Shown piece after piece: positions 19,869 through 30,449 of a DNA stretch of 64,000 bases. The DNA lies in contig CAVPSB010000031.1 in NCBI GenBank assembly GCA_963708025.1, forward strand, positions 64,001 through 128,000, in the 5' to 3' direction. The stretch comes from an uncultured Candidatus Rokubacteria bacterium (GTDB lineage: Bacteria; Methylomirabilota; Methylomirabilia; Rokubacteriales; DASRDR01). The position numbers were made by a program, and so were the translations under genes. How positions within the stretch are numbered: position 1 is the stretch's first letter; each line of letters starts with the position of its first letter. Under the pieces are notes generated by a model. It saw only the letters and a program-made list of their open reading frames with translations, made no database searches and was not told the DNA's origin.

Positions 19869-21176
19869 TCAGCCCGGCGCCGACCGGACCCGCCCCGCCA
19901 CCCGGCGCACCTTGCGCGGCGCGGCCAGCCAGATCGCGCCCACCGACGCCACGCTGCCGGCCATCGCCAGCCAGAACGCGGCGGCATAGCTCCCCGTTCG
20001 GTCGTGGAGCAGCCCGGCCACCCACGGCCCCAGCCCGGCGCCGGCACCCGCGGCCAGGTTGAGGGTGCCGAAGATGGTGCCGAAGTGCCGCCCCTGGAAC
20101 AGCTCGACCGGGATCGGGCCGAAGACCGAGGCCAGGCCGTAGCCGAGCATGCCCTGGGCCGCCACCATCAGGTAGACGAGCGATCGCACCGGGTACGCCG
20201 GGAGCAGCAGGAGCGCCGCGTAGCACACCACGTAGCCGATGCCGGAGAGCGTCCACGCCCACTCACGGCCCACGCGGTCCGACAGGTGGCCGAGCCCGAT
20301 CTGCCCCACGATCCCGGTGAGCCCGACCAGCCCCAGGGCGTAGGCCGCCAGCTGCGGTGAGAAGCCGAGCTCGGTGAGGTACTTCGTCTGGTGAACCTGC
20401 ACCGCGTACCAGGCGAACAGCCCCCCGAAGTAGGCCAGCGCGAGCCACCAGAACCGCGAGGTCCGGATGGCCCGGCCGAGCGTCCAGTCGACCGCGGCCC
20501 ACTCGGGGTCGACCACGTCTTCGGCCGGCCGGCGTCCGGCGCCGTCGCCGGGCGACGCGGTCTCGCCGTCCGGGCGCAGGCCCAGCTCCTCCGGGCGCTG
20601 CCGCGGTACGAGCAGGTTGAGCGGGAAGAGTACGGCCAGCAGGAGCCCGGCGAGCGCCCAGCAGGCCGCGCGCCACCCGGCGCGCTCGATGATTCCCTGC
20701 ACGACGGGCAGCATCGTGATGGAGCCGAGCCCGACGCCCGAGAAGGCGACGCCGATGGCCAGCCCTCGCCGCCGCACGAACCAGTTCGGCAGCACCAGCG
20801 AATGGCCGATGTAGCTGATGGCCATGCTCCCGCTGGCGACCAGCACGCCCAGGGTCAGGTAGAGATGCCAGGGAACGCGGACCGCCGGCGCCAGAGCCAG
20901 GCCCGTGCTCATCACGAGGATCCCCAGCGGGAACACGACGCGCGGCCCCCAGCGGTCCATCAGCAGGCCGATGAAGGGCGTGTAGAGCGTGGCGGCCAGG
21001 AAGCCGACCGCGAAGGTGGCCGCCGTGACGCCGCGGGACCAGCCGAACTCGTCGAGGATCGCCGGGAAGAGGAGGGAGAAGGCGGTCCGGGCGTTGACGC
21101 CGATCCCCATCGTGACGAAGGCGGTCGCCACGATCACCCAGCCGTAGAAGAAGGGGAGCGGACGGCGTGCGGGCAT
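19869..21176 (-). CDS. MFS transporter
   Basis: FFYGWVIV, GLLMDRWGPR, WFVRRRGLA, GHLSDRVGR, about 12 TM. Confidence 0.9.
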   Translation of the reverse strand: MPARRPLPFFYGWVIVATAFVTMGIGVNARTAFSLLFPAILDEFGWSRGVTAATFAVGFLAATLYTPFIGLLMDRWGPRVVFPLGILVMSTGLALAPAVRVPWHLYLTLGVLVASGSMAISYIGHSLVLPNWFVRRRGLAIGVAFSGVGLGSITMLPVVQGIIERAGWRAACWALAGLLLAVLFPLNLLVPRQRPEELGLRPDGETASPGDGAGRRPAEDVVDPEWAAVDWTLGRAIRTSRFWWLALAYFGGLFAWYAVQVHQTKYLTELGFSPQLAAYALGLVGLTGIVGQIGLGHLSDRVGREWAWTLSGIGYVVCYAALLLLPAYPVRSLVYLMVAAQGMLGYGLASVFGPIPVELFQGRHFGTIFGTLNLAAGAGAGLGPWVAGLLHDRTGSYAAAFWLAMAGSVASVGAIWLAAPRKVRRVAGRVRSAPG

Positions 21177-21233
21177 AGGCGCCCACCATGCCACACGGTT
21201 GCCGCGCCGGGCAACCGTCTCTACGATGGGGTA

Positions 21234-22835
21234 GTGGGTCGAGCCGTGATCCGTCTCGGCGTCCTGGGTGTCCTCCTCCTGGCGGCTGTCCCCGCGGCGG
21301 CCCAGACCTTCGTCTTCGGCCTCCCGGCCGAGCCCGTCCAGCTCGATCCGGCCGTGGCGACGGACAGCGCATCCCTCACCGTGACCTACCAGCTCTTCGA
21401 GGGGCTGGTGCGCCTCCGGGGCGCGACCACGGAGATCGAGCCGGCGCTGGCGGAGCGCTGGGAGGCGGCCGCCGACGGCACGGTGTGGACCTTTCACCTC
21501 CGGCCGGGCGTCCGGTTCCACGACGGCGGGCCCCTCGACGCGGCGGCCGTCGTGTGGAACTTCGAGCGGTGGTCGCGCGCCGCCCACCCGCAACACGCCG
21601 ACCAGGTGAAGGCCGGCCAGACCTTCGAGTACTGGGAAAGCCTGTTCGACGGCTTCGACGACCAGTCGGTCCTCGCCCGGGCCGAGGCCGTCGGCTCCCA
21701 CACCGTCCGCCTGACGCTCCGGCGGCCGCACGCGCCGCTCCTGGCCAGCCTGGCCGTCGCCGGGCTCGGCATCGCGAGCCCGCGGGCCGTCACCCGCGCG
21801 GGCACCGGGTTCGGCAAGCAGCCGGTCGGCACCGGGCCCTTCCGGTTCGTGGAGTGGCGGGCCGGGCAGGAGGTGGTGCTCGAGGCCAATCCCGGCTACT
21901 GGGGCCCTAAGGCGAAGGTCACGCGGGTCATTGCGCGCGCCATCAAGGACGGCGCCAGGCGGCTGGCCGCGCTGAAGGCGGGCGAGATTCACGGGATGGA
22001 GGGCCTGAACCCCGACGACATCGCCGTCGTCCGGCGCGATCCGAGCCTCGCCCTCCTCCTGCGGCCCGCCAGCACGACGGGGTACCTGGCGTTCAACTAC
22101 CGGGTGCGCGAGTTCCAGGACCGCCGGGTCCGGCAGGCGTTCGCCCGGGCGATCGACCGGACGGCGATCGTGGGCGCGCTCTATGGCGGGACCGGGCTCG
22201 TCGCCACCCAGCTCCAGCCCCCATCCTTCTGGGGCGCGGCGCCCGGCCTTCGCGACGAGCCGCACGATCCGGGCGCCGCGCGCGATCTTCTCCGGCAGGC
22301 CGGGTTTCCCGGCGGGCTGGCGACGCTCTCCTGGGAGGACGGTCGCCGCGAGCCGCTGGTTCTCTGGTACATGCCGGTCGCTCGCCCCTACTTCCCGAGT
22401 CCCAAGGAGGTCGCGGAGGCGATCGGCACGGACCTCGCCCGGGCCGGGATCACGGCGCGGCTCGAGACCATCGACTGGGCGGTCTACCTCGAGCGGGCGA
22501 AGTTCGGCCGCCTGCCGCTCTACATGCTGGGCTGGATCGCCGATCACGGCGACCCCGACGGTGCCCTCTGCTACGTCTTCTGCGCCCCCGGCGCCCCGGG
22601 CCAGGGCTTCTACGCGAACCGGGAGGTGAGCGACCTCCTGCGTCGCGCCCGCCGCGTGACGGCGCAGGCGGAGCGCGCCGGCCTCTACCGTCGTGCCGCC
22701 GAGCTGCTCCACGCGGACGTGGCGCGCCTGTACATCGCCCACAGCCGGACCCCGCTCGCGTTCTCGACGCGGGTCCGCGGCTACGTCCCGAACCCGACCG
22801 GCGCCGAGTCCTTCGGCACGGTCGAGCTCCGCTGA
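21234..22835 (+). CDS. ABC transporter substrate-binding protein, family 5 (DppA-like)
   Basis: LDPA, LFEGLV, LRPGVRFHDG, PVGTGPFRF, MPVARPYFP; GTG 6 nt after TACGAT (alternative start 21246). Confidence 0.9.
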   Translation: MGRAVIRLGVLGVLLLAAVPAAAQTFVFGLPAEPVQLDPAVATDSASLTVTYQLFEGLVRLRGATTEIEPALAERWEAAADGTVWTFHLRPGVRFHDGGPLDAAAVVWNFERWSRAAHPQHADQVKAGQTFEYWESLFDGFDDQSVLARAEAVGSHTVRLTLRRPHAPLLASLAVAGLGIASPRAVTRAGTGFGKQPVGTGPFRFVEWRAGQEVVLEANPGYWGPKAKVTRVIARAIKDGARRLAALKAGEIHGMEGLNPDDIAVVRRDPSLALLLRPASTTGYLAFNYRVREFQDRRVRQAFARAIDRTAIVGALYGGTGLVATQLQPPSFWGAAPGLRDEPHDPGAARDLLRQAGFPGGLATLSWEDGRREPLVLWYMPVARPYFPSPKEVAEAIGTDLARAGITARLETIDWAVYLERAKFGRLPLYMLGWIADHGDPDGALCYVFCAPGAPGQGFYANREVSDLLRRARRVTAQAERAGLYRRAAELLHADVARLYIAHSRTPLAFSTRVRGYVPNPTGAESFGTVELR

Positions 22836-22840
22836 GGGAT

Positions 22841-22878
22841 TTCGGGGGGTCTCGGAAGAGCCCCCCGGATGCCCCCCC
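22841..22878 (+). repeat. repeat family B hairpin (TTCGGGGG..TCGGAA..CCCCCG.ATGCCCCC)
   Basis: Matches reverse-strand copies at 25788-25822 and 46121-46158. Confidence 0.75.
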
Positions 22879-23124
22879 TCGGAGGCCGCCCTCGAGGGTG
22901 GCCGGGCCGGCTGCTCAGATTCGTGCCATGACCCGAGTCGGGCTGACCAGGGACGGGCCACCCGTCCGGCCGGTCCGATTGACCCTTGCCCCCTAACCCG
23001 TCGTCTTACCGAGCAGGGCGGGACTCTCCCCCGGTGGCCCTGTGCTTGCAGCCACCACCGGCAGTGATCGATGGCCGCGTGAGGGCCGGGCCAGCAGGTG
23101 GATACCTGCCAGGGAGGCTGTTCG

Positions 23125-23556
23125 ATGGCGGATGGATTCCCCCTCCGCGCGCTCGTCGTCGATGACGAGCCGCACGTCCGTGACCTGTGGTGCGAGTTCC
23201 TGAAGCTCGCGGGGTGTGACTCGGATCAGGTGGGAACCGGGATGGAGGCGCTGACCTGCTTCGACGCGGGACGCTACGATCTCCTGGTGACCGACCTGTT
23301 GATGTCGGGTCTGACCGGCTGGGACGTGGCCTGGACGGTGCGCCGCCGGGACCCGTCCATCGCCGTGATCCTGATCAGCGGCTCCCCCACCCACATCGAC
23401 GTCGATCTCCTCCGGGAGCCGGGAGTCACCCTCCTGGAGAAGCCGATCCACCTGAAAACCTTCCTCGCGGCCGTGGAGGAAGCCCTGGCAATGCGGGCTC
23501 GAGTCCTCGACCGGACCGCGCTGTCCGCCGGGGTCGCGGCGAGCGCTGCCGGGTAG
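23125..23556 (+). CDS. single-domain response regulator
   Basis: LVVDDEP, DLLVTDLLMSGLTG, ILISG, EKP. Confidence 0.88.
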   Translation: MADGFPLRALVVDDEPHVRDLWCEFLKLAGCDSDQVGTGMEALTCFDAGRYDLLVTDLLMSGLTGWDVAWTVRRRDPSIAVILISGSPTHIDVDLLREPGVTLLEKPIHLKTFLAAVEEALAMRARVLDRTALSAGVAASAAG

Positions 23557-23565
23557 GAGCTCCGC

Positions 23566-24264
23566 CTAGATCTCGTCGAGGAAGGTCAGCTTGACCGGCC
23601 CCAGCTCGATCCGGTCGTTGCTCTTCAGGGTGGCGCTCGGCATCACCTGACCGTTGACCTTCATCCGGTGCCAGAGCGAGAGGTTCCGCGCCTCGAACCC
23701 GCGGTCACCCCGGATGACCAGCAGGTGCTGCTTCGGCCCACCGGCCGGGAGCCGGAGGTCGCACAGCCGGGACCGGCCCACCAGCGCTCCGCCGCCCTTG
23801 ACGACGTGGGTCCCGCGCATCCCCGCCACCTCCCACTCGATCTGGGGCTGGCGCTTCGCCGCGATCGACTGGTGGAGCCGATCGAGGTCCTCGATGTTCA
23901 TGTAATACGTCCCGGCCGGGTTGGCCCGTCCAGTGGCGGGGGTGACGTCGGTCTCGGTGACCTGCTCCCGGAAGACACGCTCGAAGAAGAGGGAGAACTT
24001 GCCGAACGAGATCTCGTCGCCGGGCCGGAGCGGTAGCGCGGCGGGCCCCAGGCGCTCGCCGTTCAGGAAGGTGCCGTTGGCGGAGTCCAGGTCCCGCACG
24101 GTCCAGAACTTCCCCTCCTGGCGAAGCTCGGCCTGCTGACGCGACACCGAGACGTTGTCGATGACGATCTCCATGCCCTCGACGCGCCCGATCTTCAGGA
24201 CGGGCCGGTCGAGGGTGTAGACCTGCACCGGCGTGCGCTCCATCACGAGGGTCACCTGGGCCAT
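23566..24264 (-). CDS. FHA domain protein (two FHA-like domains)
   Basis: IGR..SVSRQQA..DLDSANGTFLNG; second degenerate VGRSRLCDL..KVNG. Confidence 0.85.
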   Translation of the reverse strand: MAQVTLVMERTPVQVYTLDRPVLKIGRVEGMEIVIDNVSVSRQQAELRQEGKFWTVRDLDSANGTFLNGERLGPAALPLRPGDEISFGKFSLFFERVFREQVTETDVTPATGRANPAGTYYMNIEDLDRLHQSIAAKRQPQIEWEVAGMRGTHVVKGGGALVGRSRLCDLRLPAGGPKQHLLVIRGDRGFEARNLSLWHRMKVNGQVMPSATLKSNDRIELGPVKLTFLDEI

Positions 24265-24294
24265 GTGTGCCGTCGGTCGGCGATCGCGGCGCCG

Positions 24295-25650
24295 CTACTG
24301 CGACTTGAAAAGCTTCTCGATCGTCCCGCGGAACTGCTCGAACGCCTCGCGGGGCTTGTCGAGCGCGTCCTTGATCTTGCCCGCCGCGTCCCGCCGCGAC
24401 TCCGGGCTGCCGGCGGCGGGCCTGGTCGGGGCCTCGCGCGGCCGGGCCACGGCCGGGCGCTCCTCCGGGAAGCGGTAGCTGAGGGCCAGCGGCTCGTCGC
24501 GCCGAACCGGGCCGGAGTGCTCCCACTGGCGAGGGCCGAGCCGCAGGGTCACGACCCGCTGGCCGACGCTCACGTCCGGGAGGACGAGCGGCCCGTCACC
24601 GGTCCGCCCCTTGAAGTCGCCATCGACGAACACCTCGACCGCGGGATTGCTGTTCACCACGATCGAGCCGAACCGCTGGTACCACCACCAGTCCCAGGCG
24701 GCCGCCGTCCCGACCCCGAGGGCGACCAGGGCGGCCGCGGCGACCAGCGCTACCCGGAGCCAGCGGCGCGGGGGCCGGGCCCCGGCCGGGATCCCGGGGC
24801 CCGGGCCGACCTCGCCGGGCCGCTCCAGCGCCCGGGCCAGCGCGTCGGCGAGCGCCTGGGCATTCTCGTATCGCCCGGTCGGGTGCTTGGCCATGCCCCG
24901 AGCGAGGACGGCGTCCAGGGCCGGCGAGACCGCCGGGTTCCGCTCCCGCGCGGGCGCCGGCGTGGCGGTCGCGATCCGCGCGAGCACGGCCACGATGTCG
25001 TCGGCCTTGAACGGGTTGACGCCGGTCACCGCCTCGTAGAGCGCGACGGTCAGCGAGAAGAGATCGCTGCGGCCGTCGACCACGCGGCCATTGAGTTGCT
25101 CCGGCGACATGTAGGCCGGGGTCCCGAGCAGGGCGCCAGTCTGGGTGACGTCGCTGCCCGAGATCCGGGCGATGCCGAAGTCGCTGACCTTGGCCTGCCC
25201 GCTCCCGTCCACCAGGATGTTGCCGGGCTTGATGTCGCGATGGACCACCCCGCGGGCGTGGGCGTAGTGGAGGGCGCGGCAGACCTGGACGATCAGCGAG
25301 ACGGCGCGCTCGGGCGACAGGGACCCCTCGGCGGCGATCAGGTGGGCCAGGGTCTGGCCCTCGACGTACTCCATGACCATGTACGGGACGTCGTCGAGCT
25401 CCACCACGTCGTGAACGGCGACGAGGTTGGGGTGGTTCAGGCGACCGGCGGCGGTGGCCTCCTGGTAGAACCGCCTCTTCAGGTCGGCGTACTGCTCGGG
25501 GGAAAGGGCGAGGTCGCGCCGGAGGGTCTTGAGGGCGACGGTGCGGCCGAGCTGGGGGTCGTGGGCTCGGTAGACGACGCCCATCGCCCCCTGGCCCAGC
25601 TCGGCCAGGAGCTCGTAGCGACCGACGCGCTCGACCTGGGATTCGGGCAC
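24295..25650 (-). CDS. Hanks-type Ser/Thr protein kinase with TM and PEGA-like domain
   Basis: LGQGAMGVVY, VALK, HRDIKPGN, DFGIA, GTPAYMSPE, TM, SNPAVEVFVDG. Confidence 0.92.
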   Translation of the reverse strand: MPESQVERVGRYELLAELGQGAMGVVYRAHDPQLGRTVALKTLRRDLALSPEQYADLKRRFYQEATAAGRLNHPNLVAVHDVVELDDVPYMVMEYVEGQTLAHLIAAEGSLSPERAVSLIVQVCRALHYAHARGVVHRDIKPGNILVDGSGQAKVSDFGIARISGSDVTQTGALLGTPAYMSPEQLNGRVVDGRSDLFSLTVALYEAVTGVNPFKADDIVAVLARIATATPAPARERNPAVSPALDAVLARGMAKHPTGRYENAQALADALARALERPGEVGPGPGIPAGARPPRRWLRVALVAAAALVALGVGTAAAWDWWWYQRFGSIVVNSNPAVEVFVDGDFKGRTGDGPLVLPDVSVGQRVVTLRLGPRQWEHSGPVRRDEPLALSYRFPEERPAVARPREAPTRPAAGSPESRRDAAGKIKDALDKPREAFEQFRGTIEKLFKSQ

Positions 25651-25787
25651 GACCCCAACCTGTCGCGGATGTCCAGCACGGAGGCTCTGCCGGTTGCGGA
25701 CCAGGATACATCGGGGCCAGCCGGCGGACCTAGGAACTTCACCGGCCGCGCGGCAGTGGCGTTCCACTTCGAGCCGCGGCGTCCGAC

Positions 25788-25921
25788 GGGGGCATCGGGG
25801 AGGCCTTCCGAGATCCCCCGAAGCACTCAGTTCGGGACCTCCCTCCTACCCCCCAACCCCCCTCCCCCACCCCCACCGGGGGGAGGGGGGAGTCGGAGGA
25901 CCCATTGCTTCACACGCTCTC
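25788..25921 (-). repeat. adjacent copies of repeat families B (25788-25822) and A (25832-25921)
   Basis: Reverse complement matches 22841-22878 and 12546-12633. Confidence 0.85.
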
Positions 25922-26582
25922 AGTCGCGCAACGCGGCCTCGGTCGCCAGCGTGTCGGCGCGGGCGTTGTAGACGGCGAAGTCGTCGCGGCCGGCGAAGGT
26001 CAACTGGTGGCCCCGCTGGTGCCGGAACGTGACGGAGAGCCGGCGGTCGGCGATGCGGGCGCGGCAGGCCGCCACGATCTCGGCCACGACCGGATCCTTC
26101 GTCCGCCAGCGCCCCTCCAGCCAGGCCCCGACCCCCTCGTAGTCGTGCACGACCGTGAGCGCGGTGCCTGGCGGCGCCAGCCCGAGCGCGGCGTAGAGGC
26201 CGCCCAGCTCGGCGACGATGTTCCGGAGGCGGTTCACCTCGGCCGTGATCTTCGGCCGGGTGTCGAGGGACGGGATGCCCGCGTCCCGGAACACCTCGTA
26301 GACGGTGGTGGCCACCTCGCGCACGGCGGGAGGGCCGGTCTCGCCTTGCTCGACCATGACCACGCCGATGCCGCCCATGTGGTTCCCGTCGGCGAAGGCG
26401 TAGCGCCCGGGGGGAAGGACGACCGCCTCGCCGCGGAGCATGGCCTCGGCTTGCGCGCGGCTCCCGACGGCCTGGAAGCGGGCACCGCGGACCCCCGAGA
26501 CGGCGGCCCGACATTCGGGCCAGGTCGCGTAGACGCCGCGGATGGAGTCGGGGTGCGTGACGACGTAGACCTTCATCGCCAC
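25920..26582 (-). CDS. rnhA: ribonuclease HI with N-terminal hybrid-binding (viroplasmin/Cauli_VI) domain
   Basis: [16 protein letters not shown]; catalytic D (FADG), E (VAEL), D (HDYEG), RGH, NARAD. Confidence 0.82.
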   Translation of the reverse strand: MAMKVYVVTHPDSIRGVYATWPECRAAVSGVRGARFQAVGSRAQAEAMLRGEAVVLPPGRYAFADGNHMGGIGVVMVEQGETGPPAVREVATTVYEVFRDAGIPSLDTRPKITAEVNRLRNIVAELGGLYAALGLAPPGTALTVVHDYEGVGAWLEGRWRTKDPVVAEIVAACRARIADRRLSVTFRHQRGHQLTFAGRDDFAVYNARADTLATEAALRD

Positions 26583-26607
26583 GCCCCCCGGCTCCGGCGG
26601 GATCGGG

Positions 26608-27054
26608 CTATTGCCCGACGATGTCGGGCTTCATCGAGGCGAGCGCGGTCAGCAGCTCGTTCTTCTCCTTGGCCGGGACCTTGAACTTGTCGAGGCTCTT
26701 CACGAGGTCCTCGACCAGCGCGTTGAAGTCGCCGTCGGTGATCTTCATCCCCTTGTGGGCGGTCTTCATGTCGAGGCCGGTGTACTTGCAGGGGCCGCCG
26801 GTCGCCTGGCAGACCTGGTCGACCAGGTTCTTCTTGAGCCGCGGGATGTCGGTCTGGGCGAACTGCTTGTTGATGCGCGCATCCGCGGCGACGTTGGCGA
26901 CGAAGTCGTCGATGACCGCCTGGATGGCCGGGAGCCCGCCGAGCCGCTCGTAGAGGGGCTTCTCCTTCATCGCCTGCTGCTGGGCGCAGCCGGCCACGGC
27001 CAGCGCCAGGGCGCCCGCCGCCAGGCCCTTCACGATCGAGTGCCACGGGGTCAT
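26608..27054 (-). CDS. glbN: group I truncated hemoglobin with lipoprotein signal
   Basis: LAVAGC lipobox; [19 protein letters not shown], proximal His in TAHKGM. Confidence 0.88.
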   Translation of the reverse strand: MTPWHSIVKGLAAGALALAVAGCAQQQAMKEKPLYERLGGLPAIQAVIDDFVANVAADARINKQFAQTDIPRLKKNLVDQVCQATGGPCKYTGLDMKTAHKGMKITDGDFNALVEDLVKSLDKFKVPAKEKNELLTALASMKPDIVGQ

Positions 27055-27546
27055 GATGCCTCCTTTGTCTGGGTTGCCGCGCGGAATCCACCGGGGCGGA
27101 CACTGGCCCGCGGGTCCGACGGCCGCCAGGTTCCGGACCGGACGTCGGCAAGCCCCGCCCACCGCTTCCGGGAGCTTCTACGCCCCGCCGGGGCCGATCG
27201 GATGGGAGGACCGACCGTCGAGCGCGCCCGAAGGGGTCCCTCGCATCCGGAGGGACCGGGGTCCGGCCGCGCGTGCAAGCCGCCTGGCCATCGGCCAGCG
27301 GCGCTCGGCAGACCCGGCAGGCGCGCGTCGATCCCATCGCGGGCTCTCGAGGCATCTTAGCGAGTTGGTGGCCGGCCCACGAAATCCTGGCTCCGGCCCT
27401 CGCGCTCTCGTTCGAGAGGCATCCGAGCCTCCCGGCGGCGCGGGGACGGTGCTGCGGGAACCGGCGGGACGGAGCCGGGTCGCGACTTGACGGCCCTCCG
27501 ATTGGGGCGCACACTCCTGCCATCGCTTGACCGGGAGAGGATCGGC

Positions 27547-28269
27547 ATGAAGAAGGATCGGCTGGTCGTCCGGACCGCCTTCCTGGCGCTCGTGGCGGGG
27601 CTCCTGCTGGTGCCGGCCGCCGCGCTCGCCGATCGATCCCACGGCCGGCCCGCCCCCGGTGGCCACCGGGGCGGCCACCACGTCGGCACGGGCTCCTTCG
27701 CCCCGCACCGGGGCGGACCGCTGCGGTTCGGCCCTCACCGGTTCGCTCCGCACCGCTTCCACCATCGGAACTCCACTCCCTTTGCATACGGTTACGCGGT
27801 GTCCCCGTTCGTCACGTACGCGTCGCCGCCCGTCTACTACACCCCCTCGGTTCTCTCCGACCCTCCGGTCGTCTACGACCCGCCGGTCTACGGTCCACCG
27901 CCGGTCTACAGCGCGCCGCCCGCGTACGTCCCGTCGATGAGCGGGGTCGTGTCGGTCGCGCCGGTGGCGCCGCCGGCCCCACCGACGCCCACGGTCATCG
28001 AGTATCCGACCGGGCGGTACGAGCTCCGGGGCGACGGGACGACGACGGCCTACACCTGGGTGTGGATCCCGAATCCGCCGCCGGCGCCCCCGGCCGGCCC
28101 GCCCGCGCCATCCGTGGCCCCCTCGGGGTATTCAACGGGTGAGCCGCCGCCGCGCCGCAGCCAGCTCTATCGCTGGACGGACGACGAGGGTGTGACGCAC
28201 TTCACCGATCGCGCGGAGATCGTCCCGGAGAAGTATCGCGTCCAGACGAAGCGGTCCCCGTCGTCCTGA
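27547..28269 (+). CDS. secreted His/Pro-rich protein with C-terminal DUF4124-like domain
   Basis: Signal peptide, PPVY repeats, LYRWTDDEGVTHFTD. Confidence 0.75.
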   Translation: MKKDRLVVRTAFLALVAGLLLVPAAALADRSHGRPAPGGHRGGHHVGTGSFAPHRGGPLRFGPHRFAPHRFHHRNSTPFAYGYAVSPFVTYASPPVYYTPSVLSDPPVVYDPPVYGPPPVYSAPPAYVPSMSGVVSVAPVAPPAPPTPTVIEYPTGRYELRGDGTTTAYTWVWIPNPPPAPPAGPPAPSVAPSGYSTGEPPPRRSQLYRWTDDEGVTHFTDRAEIVPEKYRVQTKRSPSS

Positions 28270-28362
28270 TCGCTCGTTCCGCCCACGATTGCTTGCCCGC
28301 GCCACGACGGCCAGCGACACCGACAGCCCCGCACTCTTCGCGGATCAGCCCGTCACATCCAC

Positions 28363-29151
28363 TCAGGCGCCGAGGAAGTCGGCGAGCGCGGCCACGACGG
28401 CGGCCGGACGGTCGAGGACGACGTGGTGGTACGCGTCCGGGATCTCGACCAGGGTGGCCGCCGGGATCGCCGCGCGCAGGCGCTGGGCCATCTCGCGCGG
28501 CAGGACGGGGCTGTGGCCGCCGCGGACGATGAGGGTCGGAGCGGTGATCCGGCCCAGGAGTGACCAGCCGTCCACCGGCTGCCGGGCGGCGTAGGCCGCG
28601 GGATCGAAGCGCGGGACGTAGCCCCCGTCCGCCGGGACGACACCCGCCTCCGCGAGGTGACCGAGGAGGGCAGGGTCGGCGACCGTGTCGGGGGGCAGGA
28701 GGCGGAACGCGGCCACCGCCGCCTCCCGCGTCGAGTGGCGGCGGCGCGGTCGCTGGCCCCGCTCCCGCATGCGGAGGAGGCGCTCCTCGGGAATCGCGGG
28801 CCGGGCGTCGACGATCACCAGGGCCCGGACGCGGTCGGGGTGCCAGGCGGCGAGCCCGATGGCGTTGTGGCCGCCCATCGAGTGACCGACGACGGTGGCC
28901 CGGTCCCAGCCGAGCCGATCCAGCACCGCCACCAGGTCCGCCACGAAGTCCTCGGTCGCGTAGGCCGGCGGCGAGGGCCAGGCGCTCTCCCCGTGACCAC
29001 GCTGGTCGAGTGCTACCAGGTGGTATCGATCGGCGAGCGCCGGCGTGACGGCGTCCCACCAGTGGGCGTGGGCCGCTCCCCCGTGGAGGAGTAGGACCCC
29101 GGGGTGCCCCGGTGTCCCGGACTCGAGGGCGTGTAGCGCGAGACCGCGCAC
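28363..29151 (-). CDS. alpha/beta hydrolase
   Basis: LLHG, DQRGHGES, GHSMGG, AYHHV. Confidence 0.9.
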   Translation of the reverse strand: MRGLALHALESGTPGHPGVLLLHGGAAHAHWWDAVTPALADRYHLVALDQRGHGESAWPSPPAYATEDFVADLVAVLDRLGWDRATVVGHSMGGHNAIGLAAWHPDRVRALVIVDARPAIPEERLLRMRERGQRPRRRHSTREAAVAAFRLLPPDTVADPALLGHLAEAGVVPADGGYVPRFDPAAYAARQPVDGWSLLGRITAPTLIVRGGHSPVLPREMAQRLRAAIPAATLVEIPDAYHHVVLDRPAAVVAALADFLGA

Positions 29152-29355
29152 CTCGATCGTGCGCCGGCGCGCCGTCTCGCAGCCGAAGCACGCCGGGCAT
29201 CAGCTCATCGACCATCGTGGATCGTCCATTCGATCTGCATCATGGTGCGCGGAGACGCCGCCGAGCGCAAGGCGTGAGCACGGGTGGTACAGTTCCCAGG
29301 GAGCCGCGGGTCGCGCCGGCGGACGCGGCGACGTCACCGCGACGGGAGGACGACG

Positions 29356-30352
29356 ATGCGGGTTCTGAGTCTCGGCAAGCTTCGCGGGATGACCCAGATG
29401 GCGAGCGCGGCTGGCGTGATCGCCGTGGCGGCGATCGACCATCGCGGATCGCTCCAGGCCATGCTGGAGCGCGGCGGCCGGCCGGCCGGTCGGATTCGAC
29501 GAGCTGGTGGTCGAGAAGCTCCGCATGACGCGACGGCTGGCGCCGCTCGCCACCGCGGTGTTGCTCGATCCGCTGTATGGGGCGCCGGCGGTCGCCACCG
29601 GGGCGGTGCCGGGGCACGTCGGCCTGGTGATGTGCCTGGAGGAGTTCGGCTACGAGGGGAGCGCCGAGGGCCGCCTGACCACCGTCATCAAGGGCTGGAG
29701 TGTCGCCAAGATCAAGCGGATGGGAGCCGCCGCGGTCAAGCTCCTGCTCTTCTATCACCCCCGGGCGGCGGTGGCCTCCCGCCAGGAGGACTTCGTCGGG
29801 CGCGTCGCCGACGAGTGCCGGCGCCACGACATCGCGTTCCTGCTCGAGCCGATGTCCTACCCCATCGAGCCGGGACGCCGGAAGGAGACGGCCGGGTTCG
29901 CCCGCGAGAAGCCGGAGGTCGTGATCGAGTCGGCGCGACGGCTGGGCAGCCTGGGGATCGATCTCCTCAAGGCGGAGTTCCCCGACGACCCCCGCTTCGA
30001 GACGGATGAAGGCCGGATGCGCGGCCACTGTCGGGCGCTCACCGAGGCCTCGCCGGTGCCCTGGGTGCTGCTGTCGGCGGGGGAAACGTTCGACACATTC
30101 CAGCGCCTCACGGCGATCGCCTGCCAGGAAGGCGCTTCGGGGTTCATGGCCGGCCGCGCCATCTGGCAGGAGGGGATGCTCCTCGCCGACCCGGCCGCGC
30201 GGGAGCGGTTCCTGGCCACGACCGCCGTCAGCCGCCTCCGGATCCTCTCCGCCATCGCCGACGCCTACGCGGCGCCGTGGACGGCGCGGTTCGGGGACCC
30301 GAGCGGCGGGCCGGCGACGCGGGAGGGCTGGCACCTCGAGTACGCCGAGTGA
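29356..30352 (+). CDS. class I tagatose-bisphosphate/sulfofructose-phosphate aldolase (LacD/YihT family), frameshift near 29490
   Basis: AIDHRGSL, AVLLDP, AVKLL, LLEP, DLLKAEFP, WVLLSAG, GASGFMAGRAIW. Confidence 0.85.
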
Positions 30353-30374
30353 CGGCCACGGCCGCCGCACCGCC

Positions 30375-30403
30375 TTGACACTCTCCGTTCCCACCGCGAG
30401 AAT
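30375..30403 (+). promoter_or_regulatory. sigma70-type promoter for the sugar ABC operon
   Basis: TTGACA-17 nt-GAGAAT. Confidence 0.6.
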
Positions 30404-30449
30404 GGCCGCGCACGAACCACCGGTCACCCGCCATCGAAGGAGGCTCGTC

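Noticed and set aside
19869-22961. Long ORFs such as 19869-22961 (-), 20391-22835 (+), 48910-51765 (+), 61766-64000 (-)
   Set aside because: Antisense or off-frame shadows of real genes, expected at this GC content; only the motif-bearing parts were kept
27180-27340. Zinc-ribbon ORF (MGSTRACRVC..ACTRG) upstream of the globin
   Set aside because: Second Cys pair incomplete and no coherent continuation
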